DNA of 61,632 nt, filler included, from Dugesia japonica (Eukaryota), in the NCBI GenBank assembly GCA_001938525.1. It is 6 parts of 6 records of this genome, joined end to end, with 100 filler letters (N's around TTAATTAATTAA, not from the genome) between each part and the next. Parts side by side here need not be neighbours in the genome. Positions count along the whole stretch, not along the records: positions 19,605 to 29,679 come from MQRL01628728.1; positions 29,780 to 39,365 come from MQRL01616766.1; positions 39,466 to 53,010 come from MQRL01618800.1; 3 more parts are not named here. One strand, 5' to 3'. The translations under genes and the position numbers were made by a program. Within the stretch, counting starts at the first letter, position 1, and each line of letters begins with the position of its first letter. Below are positions 28,601-41,419 of the stretch, piece by piece. The notes below the pieces were generated by a model. The model saw only the letters and a program-made list of their open reading frames with translations, was not told where the DNA came from and searched no databases.

Positions 28601-29146
28601 AATAGATTTTTTTAAAATAAAATCCGAATATAATCGTTAAATTTAATAAATACTGCAGCCAGATTTCCAATGATAATGATGACGATGAAGAATCGATTTT
28701 TGACATTGATTTGGTTTTTTTTTATCATAATAACTATTTTTGGATCAATTTTTTTGTTTTATTTTTTGACATTTTATATACATGTATTTGATAATTTGCA
28801 AAAAACCTTTGAATAATAATATTAATAATAATAATGTTTATTTCAATGAAATATTTTAAAAAAATAATAAATTTATTAATGATACTTTTAAGTTATGTCT
28901 TTTTTCATTTAAACAAAGATTTTAAAAGAGCAAATAATTGTATAAAAAATAATATTATTAATTATAATTGTTGAATAATTGTTAAATAATTTTTATAAAA
29001 AACAGTAATAATAATTAATAATTAATTTGATAAAAAATTGTAATATTTATAAAATAATGTTATTTTTAAAGAATTTAATAATAAACTCATTAGTGTCCTT
29101 ATTCGACTTCATTTTTATTCTAAACTTCACCAACAAATAATAATAT

Positions 29147-29628
29147 GACAATTAATGTGTGAAATCTTTCATTATTGTGTGAACATTTTAGAGTAGTCAT
29201 TAAGATGTGAAAGTTCACACTTTAGTTGTGAAAATTCATGGTGTGACCAAAATCCAAGCCTCTGCAAAAAAACTTTTTTATAAAATTATTGTGTAAAAAA
29301 TCACATGTCAATAAAAAAATAATTGTTTCTTATTACGGTGTGAAATTAACGTCAAAGGTCTGAAATTCACACTTATAAAAGCATTTTAATAAAAAATAAT
29401 ATTTGGAATTTTACACGCCAATAAAAAAATATTATTTGTGAAAATATACACCTATAAAAAAACTTTTAAAATAATAATATTAATAATAATAATTTCATGT
29501 ATTATTGCTCAAAGCGCAACGCTTTAAACAAAAATAATAATAAAAAAATCCATTGTTTGCATTAAATTGTTAATAAAAAAAATTTTTTTTTAGATCAAAT
29601 AAAGTTTAGAAATTCACATCTAGCATTG
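29147..29628. repeat. Right arm of the long inverted-repeat pair
   Basis: Reverse complement of 25475-25892 with indels. Confidence 0.85.
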
Positions 29629-29789
29629 TTTACTCTAAAGGCGTGAAATTTGGAGGCAAAGGTGTGAAAAAAATACCTTNNNNNNNNNNNNNNNNNNNNN
29701 NNNNNNNNNNNNNNNNNNNNNNNTTAATTAATTAANNNNNNNNNNNNNNNNNNNNNNNNNNNNNNNNNNNNNNNNNNNNAAAAATTTAC

Positions 29790-32700
29790 TTTTTTCGATT
29801 AAAAGTAATATGAAATTTGGATTGTTGGCCTCTGATTTGACTTCTATTGGATGCAAATCTATGAAACGGAGAACAATTAGAATTTGAATTAAAATTTTTA
29901 ATGTCAGATGGTCGAAGAGAAGATGCTGATTTTGAGGTAGATGAAGACGAATCGGTACTTTTCATTCGAGAATACTGTAATTTGATATAAATATGAAAAT
30001 AAAATAATTTAATTGTAGTAAATATAATATAGAAGTTTATTTAATTCATTTTAATTTTTTGAGTTTGTCAATGGCAATCAAATTCATGCTCAACAAACTA
30101 AAAAAATCAACAAGTACATTCTAACGAAAACTCAACAAACATGATTTCAACAAATAAAACTAATCAAATCACATCATATAATAAAATTCATTCTATTTGT
30201 CAGGCAATGCAACGAAATAAAGTCTTAACATATCTTAATCTAACCTTACTGCACCGGTTGAAGGAAATAATTATCATTGACATCCTTTAATATAAAAAAC
30301 TCCGCTAAAATACAGAAATTATTTTATTATCAAACAAGTATTCACATTAATTAATCAATAATCAAATTTCATGCATTTCCTTACTTGCCATTATTTATAT
30401 TTTATAAATATAACAAACACATTTTTCTTACGTAAAATCATACTTATTTATAAAGATTGAAATATATGTTCTCTNNNNNNNNNNNNNNNNNNNNNNNNNN
30501 NNNNNNNNNNNNNNNNNNNNNNNNNNNNNNNNNNNNNNNNNNNNNNNNNNNNNNNNNNNNNNNNNNNNNNNNNNNNNNNNNNNNNNNNNNNNNNNNNNNN
30601 NNNNNNNNNNNNNNNNNNNNNNNNNNNNNNNNNNNNNNNNNNNNNNNNNNNGAAATCTCTCCAATGCATGTGGGATTACAACCATAACATTTAAATTAAA
30701 AAACCAGGCCAGAACACAAGCCAAAATTGGTTATAGATTTATTATTTAACATAATTATAACCTTATAGAAATAGTAGTATTGTTGAGCATCGAAGAAAAT
30801 GTATAAAATCAATATGGTGTTCTGATTTTAAAATCTTGTGCAGTGGATTTAATAATTATTGGGAGAGAATGATGTGTGAAGCTTCGTTGATAAGGGCATT
30901 AAATTATAAAATTAATGTTCAGTTGACGGATTCAACATCACTCTTGAAATTATTTCATTGATTATTTATTGAGATTGCATAATTGAAATTATATAAATTA
31001 TTTTATTGATTATTTATTGATATTACATAATTGAAATTATACAAATTATTTNNNNNNNNNNNNNNNNNNNNNNNNNNNNNNNNNNNNNNNNNNNNNNNNN
31101 NCATAATTGAAATTATACAAATTATTTTATTGATTATTTATTGATATTACATAATTGAAATTATACAAATTATTTCATTGATTATTTATTGAGATTGCAT
31201 AATTTAAATTATATAAATTATTTTATTGATTATTTATTGATATTACATAATTGAAATTATACAAATTATTTAATTGATTATTTATTGATATTACATAATT
31301 GAAATTATACAAATTATTTTATTGATATTACATAATTGAAATTATACAAATTATTTTATTGATTATTTATTGATATTACATAATAGAAATTATATAGTCA
31401 TTTAAATTTTGTAAATAGTTTGTTTTAATATTCTTTAATTGCCTGATGATCACGGTTATTCCGTTGAAATTGATCGCAACTAATAAATATTTTAAAAAAT
31501 GGTGTTCTATTTTTTATTTTAAAAGAATTACCATTATTTTTTGAGTTTTTATGATCAATGGTAAATAAGATATTAAACAGAAATTATCTAGAATTTGAAA
31601 AATATCGTAACATCTTTTGAAATTAAAAGATTCAATCAATATTGCACACAAATATGCTTTCCGAAATAAACAAAAACGTAGGACAAAGTATTGAAAAATG
31701 TTTACTAGTACCACAAATAAGCAAGCAGCTAAAATTACAATTTCCCCAGCAGAATTTTTTCAAATCTTTCTTTTTTACGATAAATTATTTTCCGCATATT
31801 TTTTTATTAATTGAGATAATTCCTGATCTTCGATAAAAACTACATTATTACAAAAATATTATCATTGGAAGCGCATAATCCATAATTTCGAATAATTACG
31901 AACTTGGTTTTTACAAAATTTCAATGTTTCTGATCCGGATGATGAACAATCATTATTAATGTTATGATGTCTTCTACTTCTTGGCTCGGTCAATGGACCG
32001 GAATTATCACTGAATTTATTGCCACAACCATTATAAATTTCTGGAACATTTCCATTGGGAATTGGATACAAACAACCTTCTGAATTAGAACGACTAGTAT
32101 TCAAGTGCGCTTCAAATGCATTAGATTCCTCGAGATCTTTCATTTTTCGAATGCAATTTTGAATCTACAATCATAAAAAAATTTAAATCTCTACCAAAAA
32201 ATCTCTATCTCAAAACCAATTTTAATTAAAAGCGTACTTGTTCCTCTTTTCTTTTAATTTCTATTCTGTGTTTTTTTTCGTTTTCTTTTAATTTACCAAC
32301 AATATTTTGAAGAGTTTCAATTTCTCCCAAAATAGCATTCTTCTTTAATTGAAATGAAGACTGGAGATAATGATAAAGAATTCAAAAATCAAACTCAACT
32401 TACAGCATCTCCAGTAATACATTGAGTTCTAAGACTAAATTTCGTCAATTTTATTTGACCTTTAGGATCCAATATCTTTAAATCTAAGGGCATAACTTTT
32501 GTGATATTCTAAAAATATAATAATAATAATAAAAATTACATAAGGCTGTAAAAACATTTTGAAAAAATATGTCGAGTTGCACAAATTCTAACTAATATGT
32601 GTTAAATACACTGATTATTGAAGATTTATTTAGGAAATAATTCTTTATCGCATGAAAAGTTAGTTATAAAGTTTAGTATAGGGAAGAGCATAATTAAAAC

Positions 32701-35700
32701 GATATTTTAAACGAAAGAAGTGATTTAAAAAGAAACTAAAATGCCAAATTAACATTTAATGACTTAAATTATGAAACATTGAAATTTTTCTTAAAGTTAA
32801 AAGAATCTAATATTCCAGTGAGTACTTTTAATTGTTTTTCAAATTGTTGATGAAGAAACCTCAGAAGCCACGAAGGAAACTGTTAATTTCTAAATTCATT
32901 CAGAATTTAAAATATTTTTCTATTTAAAGTGGTACATTATTAATTGTAATTAATAAATACTTGAGTGCTGTTCATTAGTAATTTCACTAAGTAAAACATA
33001 TTCCAGATAAACATAATAAATCAGTGAGTAGTAAAATATTTATTTATTTATCTAATTTAGCCATGGTAACACCAAATTGCATCTTCTGATCACATTACTA
33101 TAAGCTATAATTCTTGTTTTTGAATATTTTTTATTAATTTAACGACATTAAGCTTTTTTTTAAAATAAAATATATTGGTAAATGGATACATTGTATATCA
33201 TATTGTTCCATATTTGCTACAAATCTAAAACATTCTATTATATTCATAGTGGTTTGTTCCTCAGTAATGTGAATTTGAAGTTAAATTCAATTTAATGAAA
33301 CAAAACAAAACCATTTAATTCGTAGAATTAATAAAAATAAATATTTATTTCATGTCAGTAATTGATTATTGTTATTTTATTATATCAGCCGCCTTATCAA
33401 AAACTGGAAATAATCATTTTAATTTATTTATTAATAAAAGAGAAAGAATTTGTGAAAGCAATCGAATTGCAAAGAATAAAATTTTTGGATTTTATAATTT
33501 AAATCCCTTAACCAATTAAAATATAAAAATTACCCACAAGTTTATCTACAATTAATTTATCAAAGCACTATTGACAAATATTAATTCACAAGTTCATTAA
33601 AATAAAGAAAAAGCTTCGATAAAAATAAAATGTATTTGTAATGAAATTCAAATTTTCGACAATTGTCTTCGTCAGGAACATTTTCATTAATATAAAAAAA
33701 TGCGGCGATAAAATTTATGATACAATAAATGGTTAAGTCCAACAATTATTCTCAAAATAATTGTAATTATTAAGTCACAATAATTAAATGTCTAAAAATT
33801 CAAATAGATTTTATTAATTATTTTTTCCACACATTTAAATAGTTAAGAAAAAATCAGTTAATGATATAAACTTACACTTTCAGATATACAATTTTGTACA
33901 GCTTCTTTAATTTTATTATTCAATTCATCTAAAATTATCTTCCGTCTACCAAAAAGTTCCAAAAATATTTTCTGTTTCTCTGGAACATTAATTGGCAAAT
34001 CTTCATCCAGTTGTAATGATGCACTATCATTTGTTATTGCACCTAGAAATAATATAAACTTTGTCAGAAATAGTTGTGATATGATCAATATACTAACTGC
34101 CTGCATAATTTGACGATGCAAGACTTATTTTAGACGAAGAACGAGATATCGCAATATCATTTTCCGGAATAAATGCATTTTGAGTAGATGGTCGAATTCT
34201 TTCTTTATTTCCGGAGTAGGTATTTGAAAGATTTTTCTTTATGTTATTTGGATTTCGTCGAGGAGTTGTTGTACTCATCACTCTCATACACTTAAAAAAT
34301 CACAATCAATATGTGACTAAATTTATAAATTCAAATAAGTCTGTAAAGCATCTAGATCAACGATGGGCCAACTGCGGCCTTATAAAGTTTCTATCCGGCC
34401 CGCGATGCCTTGTAAAGTCATCGTGAAAAAATAGGCAAGTAGTTGCCATCGGCAGTGAATGAGTGCAAACAGTTACCTGGTTTTTTTATGAAAATGTACT
34501 TTAAAAATTTAAGCATGTACTTGCAATGTTGTAGTTTACAACACAAAGCACTGTTGTGTATTAGGAATTTGTAAAAGTACTGTGATTCTACTATACATTA
34601 TTCATTTCGTGCGTAGTAAATGCAACACAAATATTTTTTAACATCACAAGTCTTTTATATTACACGGTTTATATGTTAATTTAAACATTTTCAAATTTAA
34701 TTTAAATATTTTTATTAACATTTTTTATTTTTATGTAATATATGAAGTTTTTAATTTTGAGTCGAATGGTATCAAAATATTTATGAAATATTATCATTAT
34801 ATATAACTATTATCATTATATATTATTTCGTAAAGAAAGCATATATTCGATAGCAATCCTTAAAAATTACATAAAAATAAAAAATGTTAATTTAAATATT
34901 TAAATTAACTTGTAAACCCTGTAATATTTTTGGTTTGTGGAAATGATTCCAGCAAATACCTAATTGTTATTTGTTTTTGTTACATAGTCATAGTTACATT
35001 CAAAAGAGCGTGATGGATTGTGATTTTTTAAACGGAATGAATAGAACTATTTCGTTAAATTTGACATTTATTAAAGAACATTTTATTTAATAAATCCCTA
35101 TGGTGCAATAGATAGCAGAGAACATAAGCTATATTCCGGGCCGGATTTTCTTATAGGCTAACTAGACTTCANNNNNNNNNNGCCTCTTTTCATCTAAATC
35201 CGGCCCTGGTTATATTTTATATATAAAGTTAATTTTTATGTAAAAACAATGTTTTAATAAAATAATTAATTGTACATATTTATCCTAGTTTCGAGATTGG
35301 CATCGAGTATTAAAAAAAGAAAAGTTGATTTAGAAAACAGAGCTTTTAAATATAAATGAACCTTGAAATATTCATTTACGGAACATGAAGAAAAATCTTC
35401 ATGTTTAATTTTATCTGAAATTATCAAAGACATTATCAATTAGAACATGCAAATTATGATAAATTCCATGACCTTTGGCTAAAAAGTTGAAAACTTTAAA
35501 AATCTACAAAAGAATTTTGTGAATATTGATAAGGAAAATTAAAATATTTTCACATATAAACTATGTACATGGATGGAATTTAAAAAAAATAATTGATTAA
35601 CTGAAGTTGACATAATGTATTAATTAATTTTATTTGATAGAATAACATTTAATTATTGATAATCCGAGAGATAATTATAGGCATCACTTTTCAGTATTCA

Positions 35701-38700
35701 TTTGTGCGATAGACGACGACAGTTGTAAGTCAGTTTGTATAACTAGATAAAATATAGATCATTCTTAATCAATTCCAATCATGAAATCGATTTGAGATTG
35801 ACTTTTCAATTGATATTTGTAGAATTTATAGACATGAAATTAAAATATAAAAGATTTAAAATTGATTATTTCCACTTAAACTCATATTTTCCAATTTCTA
35901 GAAACAATTTGCATTTTTGCTAATATTTCCATTAAATAGGTAATAGATAATAATAACAATTATTCTATGTTTTGAATTTCAAAATAAAAGTTAAATTAAA
36001 TTTTTTTATTTTTCATTATTACAAAACAGTTTGTTAATAAACTGATTTAAAAACTATTTTCCCTAAATGACAAAATTGAAAAAAATAAATCAATACATTA
36101 AAATGATATGATATAAAATGAGAAATCACAAATAAGAAATCGTAATAAATTCCTACATTGGAATTTTGATATAATTAGAATTGATGATTTTGTAGAACGA
36201 TTTAATAAATGTCGACAGGTAATTTATATCAATTTAAATAGATATGCAAGGCAGTAAGATTATTGAACAATAACATATCTCATCATTTCCAATTTATAAA
36301 AAAATTAACTTAATTTTTTTTAAAATAGAACTACTCCATAAAAGTTTTACTAACAAAATTATAGAAATTGAGGACTTGATTTATTTTATTGAATATTGGA
36401 AATTGATTAATAAATACAATTTAAAAATAATTATTAATTTAATTTTGTTGAAACCGATAATTTAACTTAATTATTGATTATGTAAATACACATGTGTAAA
36501 AATGTCAATTATAAATTTCCTATCAATCAATTTAACTATTAAATACTCACTAACACCGAGATTTATTGCATGGCGCCATTTATTACTGTTAAAATTTGTA
36601 AAGACAAATTTTTACAAAAGTAAAATAAATAAATGCGAAAATTTTTCTGTTACGTAACTAAATTTACTTTAAAAAATTGAAGTATATAAATCTGATAAAA
36701 CACTTTTAACGATAATTGATTTTAGTATTATTAATGAATGTAAATTATTATATTGACTTATAATAGTCAGAAATTAATACGTCATCTCTAACAATACTCT
36801 AATGTCAACTTAGTAGCTAATTATTTATGAATGCATTTAGAAATTACTTCAACCATTCATGAATAACAGAATACACTCAATTCTGTTTTTATGAGATGGA
36901 TACGTTCCTCAGAAAAAACGCATAAAAAGACACTACCTACGTTAAATAAATAGGGATAAGTTCCATAATTTTCGAAAACCGCATAAAACCAAATATATAG
37001 CCAATATATCGCAAAAAAAAGACCAAGTTACCCAAGAAGATAGGATTATGGTGGGTACCTTAAATCGTTTGAAGAAAGGAGGTTTATAAATTTAAAATAA
37101 ATTGTAATCAGAAGTCCAAAATTTATTTCTTTATTTCAATTTTCTTACTTAAAAATTAAATAATNNNNNNNNNNNNNNNTTATCTTCACTTGTTGACAAA
37201 ATTGTAAGGAGGAAAAGTCGCATAATTTTTAAATCGTATAAAAAATTCGAATAAAACCGAATTGAGTGTATTTTATTGACAAAATTTTAAATCATAACTA
37301 ATGAGGATTGTTGAAACATTATTTCATAATCGAAAATGATATCGTAATTATTAATAATCCTCTACATCAGTGTTTCCAAAAGTTTTACATCAAGCCCCCA
37401 TTATTTAATTGAGAAAATTCTTACTTTTCAAAAAAAAAAAACAGTAAACGCAAAGCAATCAACAAATTAACGTTGAAGATTATGATTATTATTTAATTCA
37501 GGGGAGGAGAAAGTGCGACTGCAGGGCCACATACGGGCATTTCCAACTTTTGAAATATTAATTTACTGTAATACAAAAATCCGACTGTTTCTATATTCCA
37601 CAGAAATTTATTTATTTTATGTGATTATGATGTGTATATAATAAACAGCTAAATATATTAAATTTTGCATTTTTTGTAATTAGAAAATAATATATTTCGA
37701 AATTAATGTTTGTGTGCGGCCCTATGAAAAATAGTTTCTTACTGTTGCAGACCTTTGACACAAAAGGTTCCCCATCTCTTCTTTAATTGATTATAAAGTA
37801 TAAATGATTAATTACTGAACTAGAAAATCTTTTTATTATTATGTTGCACAATTATTATTTCTACCTCATATTACAAAGGAATATGATGAAATAAAATGTT
37901 TATTCCTAAACTGGCCATTATTGTCTATTAATATTCTGTACAATCTCATTCTATATTAGGAGATTTCCGGAAATTCAAACTTTATTGAAATACTGTTGAA
38001 TTTTTCGTCGCGAACTCTTTATAAAACCCCACTTTTGTAAACACTGCTCTAGATTATGTGTGTCAAACACATTATGATTAGGATCCACTCTTAAATGTTT
38101 TTTATGACGCAAGTTAGAATAATATAATAGAATCGATTATAATTACGGTGTATTGTTATGGAATTTTTATAAAGTAAATTAATACATTGAATGTCAGTCA
38201 TGAAACACTTGCGTGGTATCTTATGTTGTCTTAAACGTTGAAATCTCGCGTCAGTTGGGCTGGTAATCAGTTTTTTTGTGTTGGCATTATGAGGATATTG
38301 TTAAAAGATGATATTTCGCATCTGTTTCAAGAAAGCCAAAACTGTTACATTGATAACTATTTGTCAAAATTAATAATACCTATACAACAAAAGTAGACCA
38401 GCTACTTAACTTCTTTCAATAACGTATACCAGATGTGAACGTGTTAAACAAAATATCAGAAATAAAATTTAAAGAATAAAATAATTTTAAAAATAGAAAA
38501 TCATCTAATCACACCACCAGATAGAATCTAGAAAAATAAACTACATTCACCTCAAATCTTTGGGAAATATAATTAACGATATCTTTTGCTAAATATATAA
38601 ATGATTTAGCTAAATTCTGATTTGGTAATTCGTATGAAATGCTCAGTGCAGTGCTCTTACGACGGATAGATGATCTAGAAAATACAAATTTTAGAAAATA

Positions 38701-38831
38701 TAGAAAATAGAAAATAAAAAGATTTCGTAAAATTATCAATAAATATGTTACCTATGAGTTGGATCTTGAATATCGATACTTATTCGAGATTTATTGTAAC
38801 TGATATTTGTGATTTCCGACCATTTGTATTC
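29790..38831 (-). CDS. Multi-exon host gene, FERM domain-containing protein 4 (FRMD4A/B)-like; partial, coordinates span introns
   Basis: GT-AG exons: 38752-38831 (YKWSEITNISYNKSRISIDIQDPTH, cf. FERM-C FQWRQLENLYFREKKFSVEVHDP), 38551-38674 (LAKSFIYLAKD..YISQR), about 34098-34290, 33876-34042 (RRKIILDELNNKIKEAVQNCISES, CUPID-like), about 32404-32508, 32238-32360 (coiled coil), about 31903-32165, about 29790-29975; several introns of about 43-77 nt. Confidence 0.6.
30946..31395. repeat. Intronic tandem repeat, about 48-bp unit
   Basis: gaaattatacaaattattttattgattatttattgatattacataatt repeated about 8-9 times, partly across a gap. Confidence 0.9.
34663..34921. mobile_element. Tc1/mariner-type MITE with TA TSD
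   Basis: TA-CACGGTTTA...ttaacattttttatttttatgtaat / attacataaaaataaaaaatgttaa...TAAACCCTG-TA. Confidence 0.75.
35136..35208. mobile_element. hAT MITE with 8-bp TSD
   Basis: TIR CCGGGCCGGATTT / AAATCCGGCCCTG; flanks GCTATATT / GTTATATT; small internal gap. Confidence 0.8.
36874..37268. mobile_element. Tc1/mariner (Tigger-like) MITE with TA TSD
   Basis: TA-CACTCAATTCTGTTTTTAT ... ATAAAACCGAATTGAGTG-TA. Confidence 0.8.
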
Positions 38832-40104
38832 CTAAATCGACCAAATCAATATATTCTCTCATTGTAAATTGATAATTCATAGTTATTATAATTTATATGT
38901 ATTATAAATGCAATGAATTAAGACATCTCATATCAATTACAAATGCTTCATATTATCGCATACAAACGTTTAACATAATTTTTCATACTTCAGATTGAAT
39001 CAAGGGTGCAAAACATATGGCCCAGTTATAATTATCATTTTTAAATTAAGTAAACAGATGGATTTTTAATTGAAAATCAATGATTATAGAACAATAAACA
39101 TTTCGCGATATTGATTATATTTGTTTTAAGTTATTTGTTTAATTACAAAAAAAATTAAAATAAAATTAAGAATCCATCTATCAATAAGTAATTAGTGTTT
39201 GTCTAATTTTCATTATAATCATTATTTGTATTCCACACCAAAAGAATCAGCAATTAATGTACTCAGTATATTCAATTTATGAAAGTTGTATTTTCTTTTC
39301 AAATAATCTTAACTGTGCATATCTGGCAGCTAATATGACATTTTATTGACAAAACACAAAAAATGNNNNNNNNNNNNNNNNNNNNNNNNNNNNNNNNNNN
39401 NNNNNNNNNTTAATTAATTAANNNNNNNNNNNNNNNNNNNNNNNNNNNNNNNNNNNNNNNNNNNNAGGAAGAGGAGTAATTGTCTCCTAAATAAAGACAA
39501 TTAGAAGTAAATTTTATTCTAGAGAATTAAGACACAAGAGTTACAAAGCCAAAACCGAAATATAATAGGCAATCAACGAGTCGGACTCTGACAAAATAGA
39601 TTCCGATTCAGAAAATAGGAAACCACTTACAAGGTCCAACACTTCTGGGATATTCACCTCAAGTACAGTCCTAAAAGAAAACCAACTCGCTCGACGAGGA
39701 TCAACAAGGAAACCCAAAAACTCATCACTCTATTTGGACTCAGAAGAGAATATTTGTTCATCCAGGAAATTAGAACTTGACAAGCCAAACCCCAAATCTA
39801 AAACGTTGGAACCCATCAGCTCAAGCAGTAGTCCGAGTGATAAAGAAAATAAAGCTAATCCAAAAACCACATCCAGTAAAACTCCAGTAGCTAGTAATCG
39901 ATCGAGTGGGATAAACTATACATCAGACAAAAAAGAAATCATAAAAGTAGCCGATAGTAATCAAGTAAATATCGACTCATTGGTAATACGGCCAAGCAAT
40001 TTAGAAACTGAAATACCTACATTAGCAAACCAAAACCCGAAAATGGAAACTAATCTCGCAAAAGATAAAAATATGGCAACTAAAACTGAAAACCATCGAC
40101 CAGA

Positions 40105-41000
40105 GTGAAAATAAAATTTGATGGCGAATATTTTAGCGGAATACCGGAAAAGTTAGATGAATTCATCCAGAATTACGAAATGTATGCCAAAATCTGTGGT
40201 TGGGACGAGGAAGCAAAAAGGAAGAGATTACCATTCTACTTGACAGGAGTAGCCAAAACGGTGTTCTGGGATCACACAAAGGGTATGGAAGCCATCCCCG
40301 ATAAATGGGAAGAAGTGGTGAAAATACTAACGGATAATTTCCAAAATTTAAAATTGACTGGCCAGGATTTCGAAAAATTCACGAATCGAAAACAACAAAG
40401 AGGAGAAACTTCACAAGCATATATGATGGAGCTCAAGAGGCGTGGCAAATTAGCCTTAGGAGACAAGTTGGAAGATAGTTAAGTACTCACCATCTTCTTG
40501 AATGGATTACGTGACGAGAACGCCAAGCTAATGGTAAAATTGAGCAAGCCAGTAACTCTACAAGATGCTCTAGCCACGTTGCGAATTGTAGGAGATAGAC
40601 CCTCAGAACGAATTTTGCAAAGTAGAAGGGCAGACAGAGGAAACCACACCACGGATATCAGATTTCATACCCAATACGCAATCAATGATGAAAACTCTGA
40701 CCCCAGGGCAGGAACGGAATAACCGAAATAACAGACCTAATTACCCACGAGGAAATGGAGGAGGATTTAATAACCTTCGGAACAATTGGCAAAATAATCG
40801 AGATATAAAATGTAATACCTATAGAAGACGGGGACATATAGCACGCGATTGTAGAAGCAGAAGTAATAATAACAACAACAATCGATTTTGCATTTATTGT
40901 AAGAAGACCAACCACAACATAGAAACGTGTTTCTTGAAAAATCCAACCGTCTGCTATAAGTGTAACAGAAGGGGACATATGGCAAAAGAATGTCAAAACG
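40105..41000 (+). pseudogene. gag: Gag capsid and three zinc knuckles
   Basis: FSGIPEKLDEFIQNYE...GWDEE...LPFYLTGVA..FW; RKQQRGETSQAYMMELK; FLNGL; CNTYRRRGHIARDC, CIYCKKTNHNIETC, CYKCNRRGHMAKEC. Confidence 0.9.
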
Positions 41001-41419
41001 GAAATCAAACAACTTACAATCGGAATCCGAATACGAATTTGGATAATCTAATGCAAGAAAATGAGAGATTAAGACAACGGGTAAATCAGAACAAGGGACA
41101 AGTTAATTTAGTGCACCAAAATACATTTGGCAATGTATACCACAAGGTGCAACAAGAAAATGATTGGCTCAAGTGGCAAAACCAAGATCTGCAGGTACAG
41201 CAAGAGAGACTCGCCAAAAGAAATCTGCTCAATGAACCGCACAAGAATCAGTGTAATATGGTCAGGACACACCGGCAAATTTATAACCAGTATGACGAAA
41301 CAACCGAAGTTACCGAAATGGAAGATACTCGAAAACGAATATTGATTACGTCGCCAGAATTTGACTGGACCGAAGAGATCATCTATAAAACAATAAAACC
41401 GTCGGTAACGACCACCGGA

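Larger units (their letters stand above)
34357..35470 (+). mobile_element. Decayed hAT (SPIN/Charlie-like) left end and transposase start, with nested MITEs
   Basis: caacgatgggccaactgcggcc...ccggcccgcg hAT-like terminus; KKRKVDLENRAFK..*...FTEHEEKSSCLI near 35315-35410. Confidence 0.5.

Noticed and set aside
30946-31395. 48-bp repeat as a CRISPR-like array
   Set aside because: No unique spacers, no cas genes, eukaryotic intron; an ordinary minisatellite.
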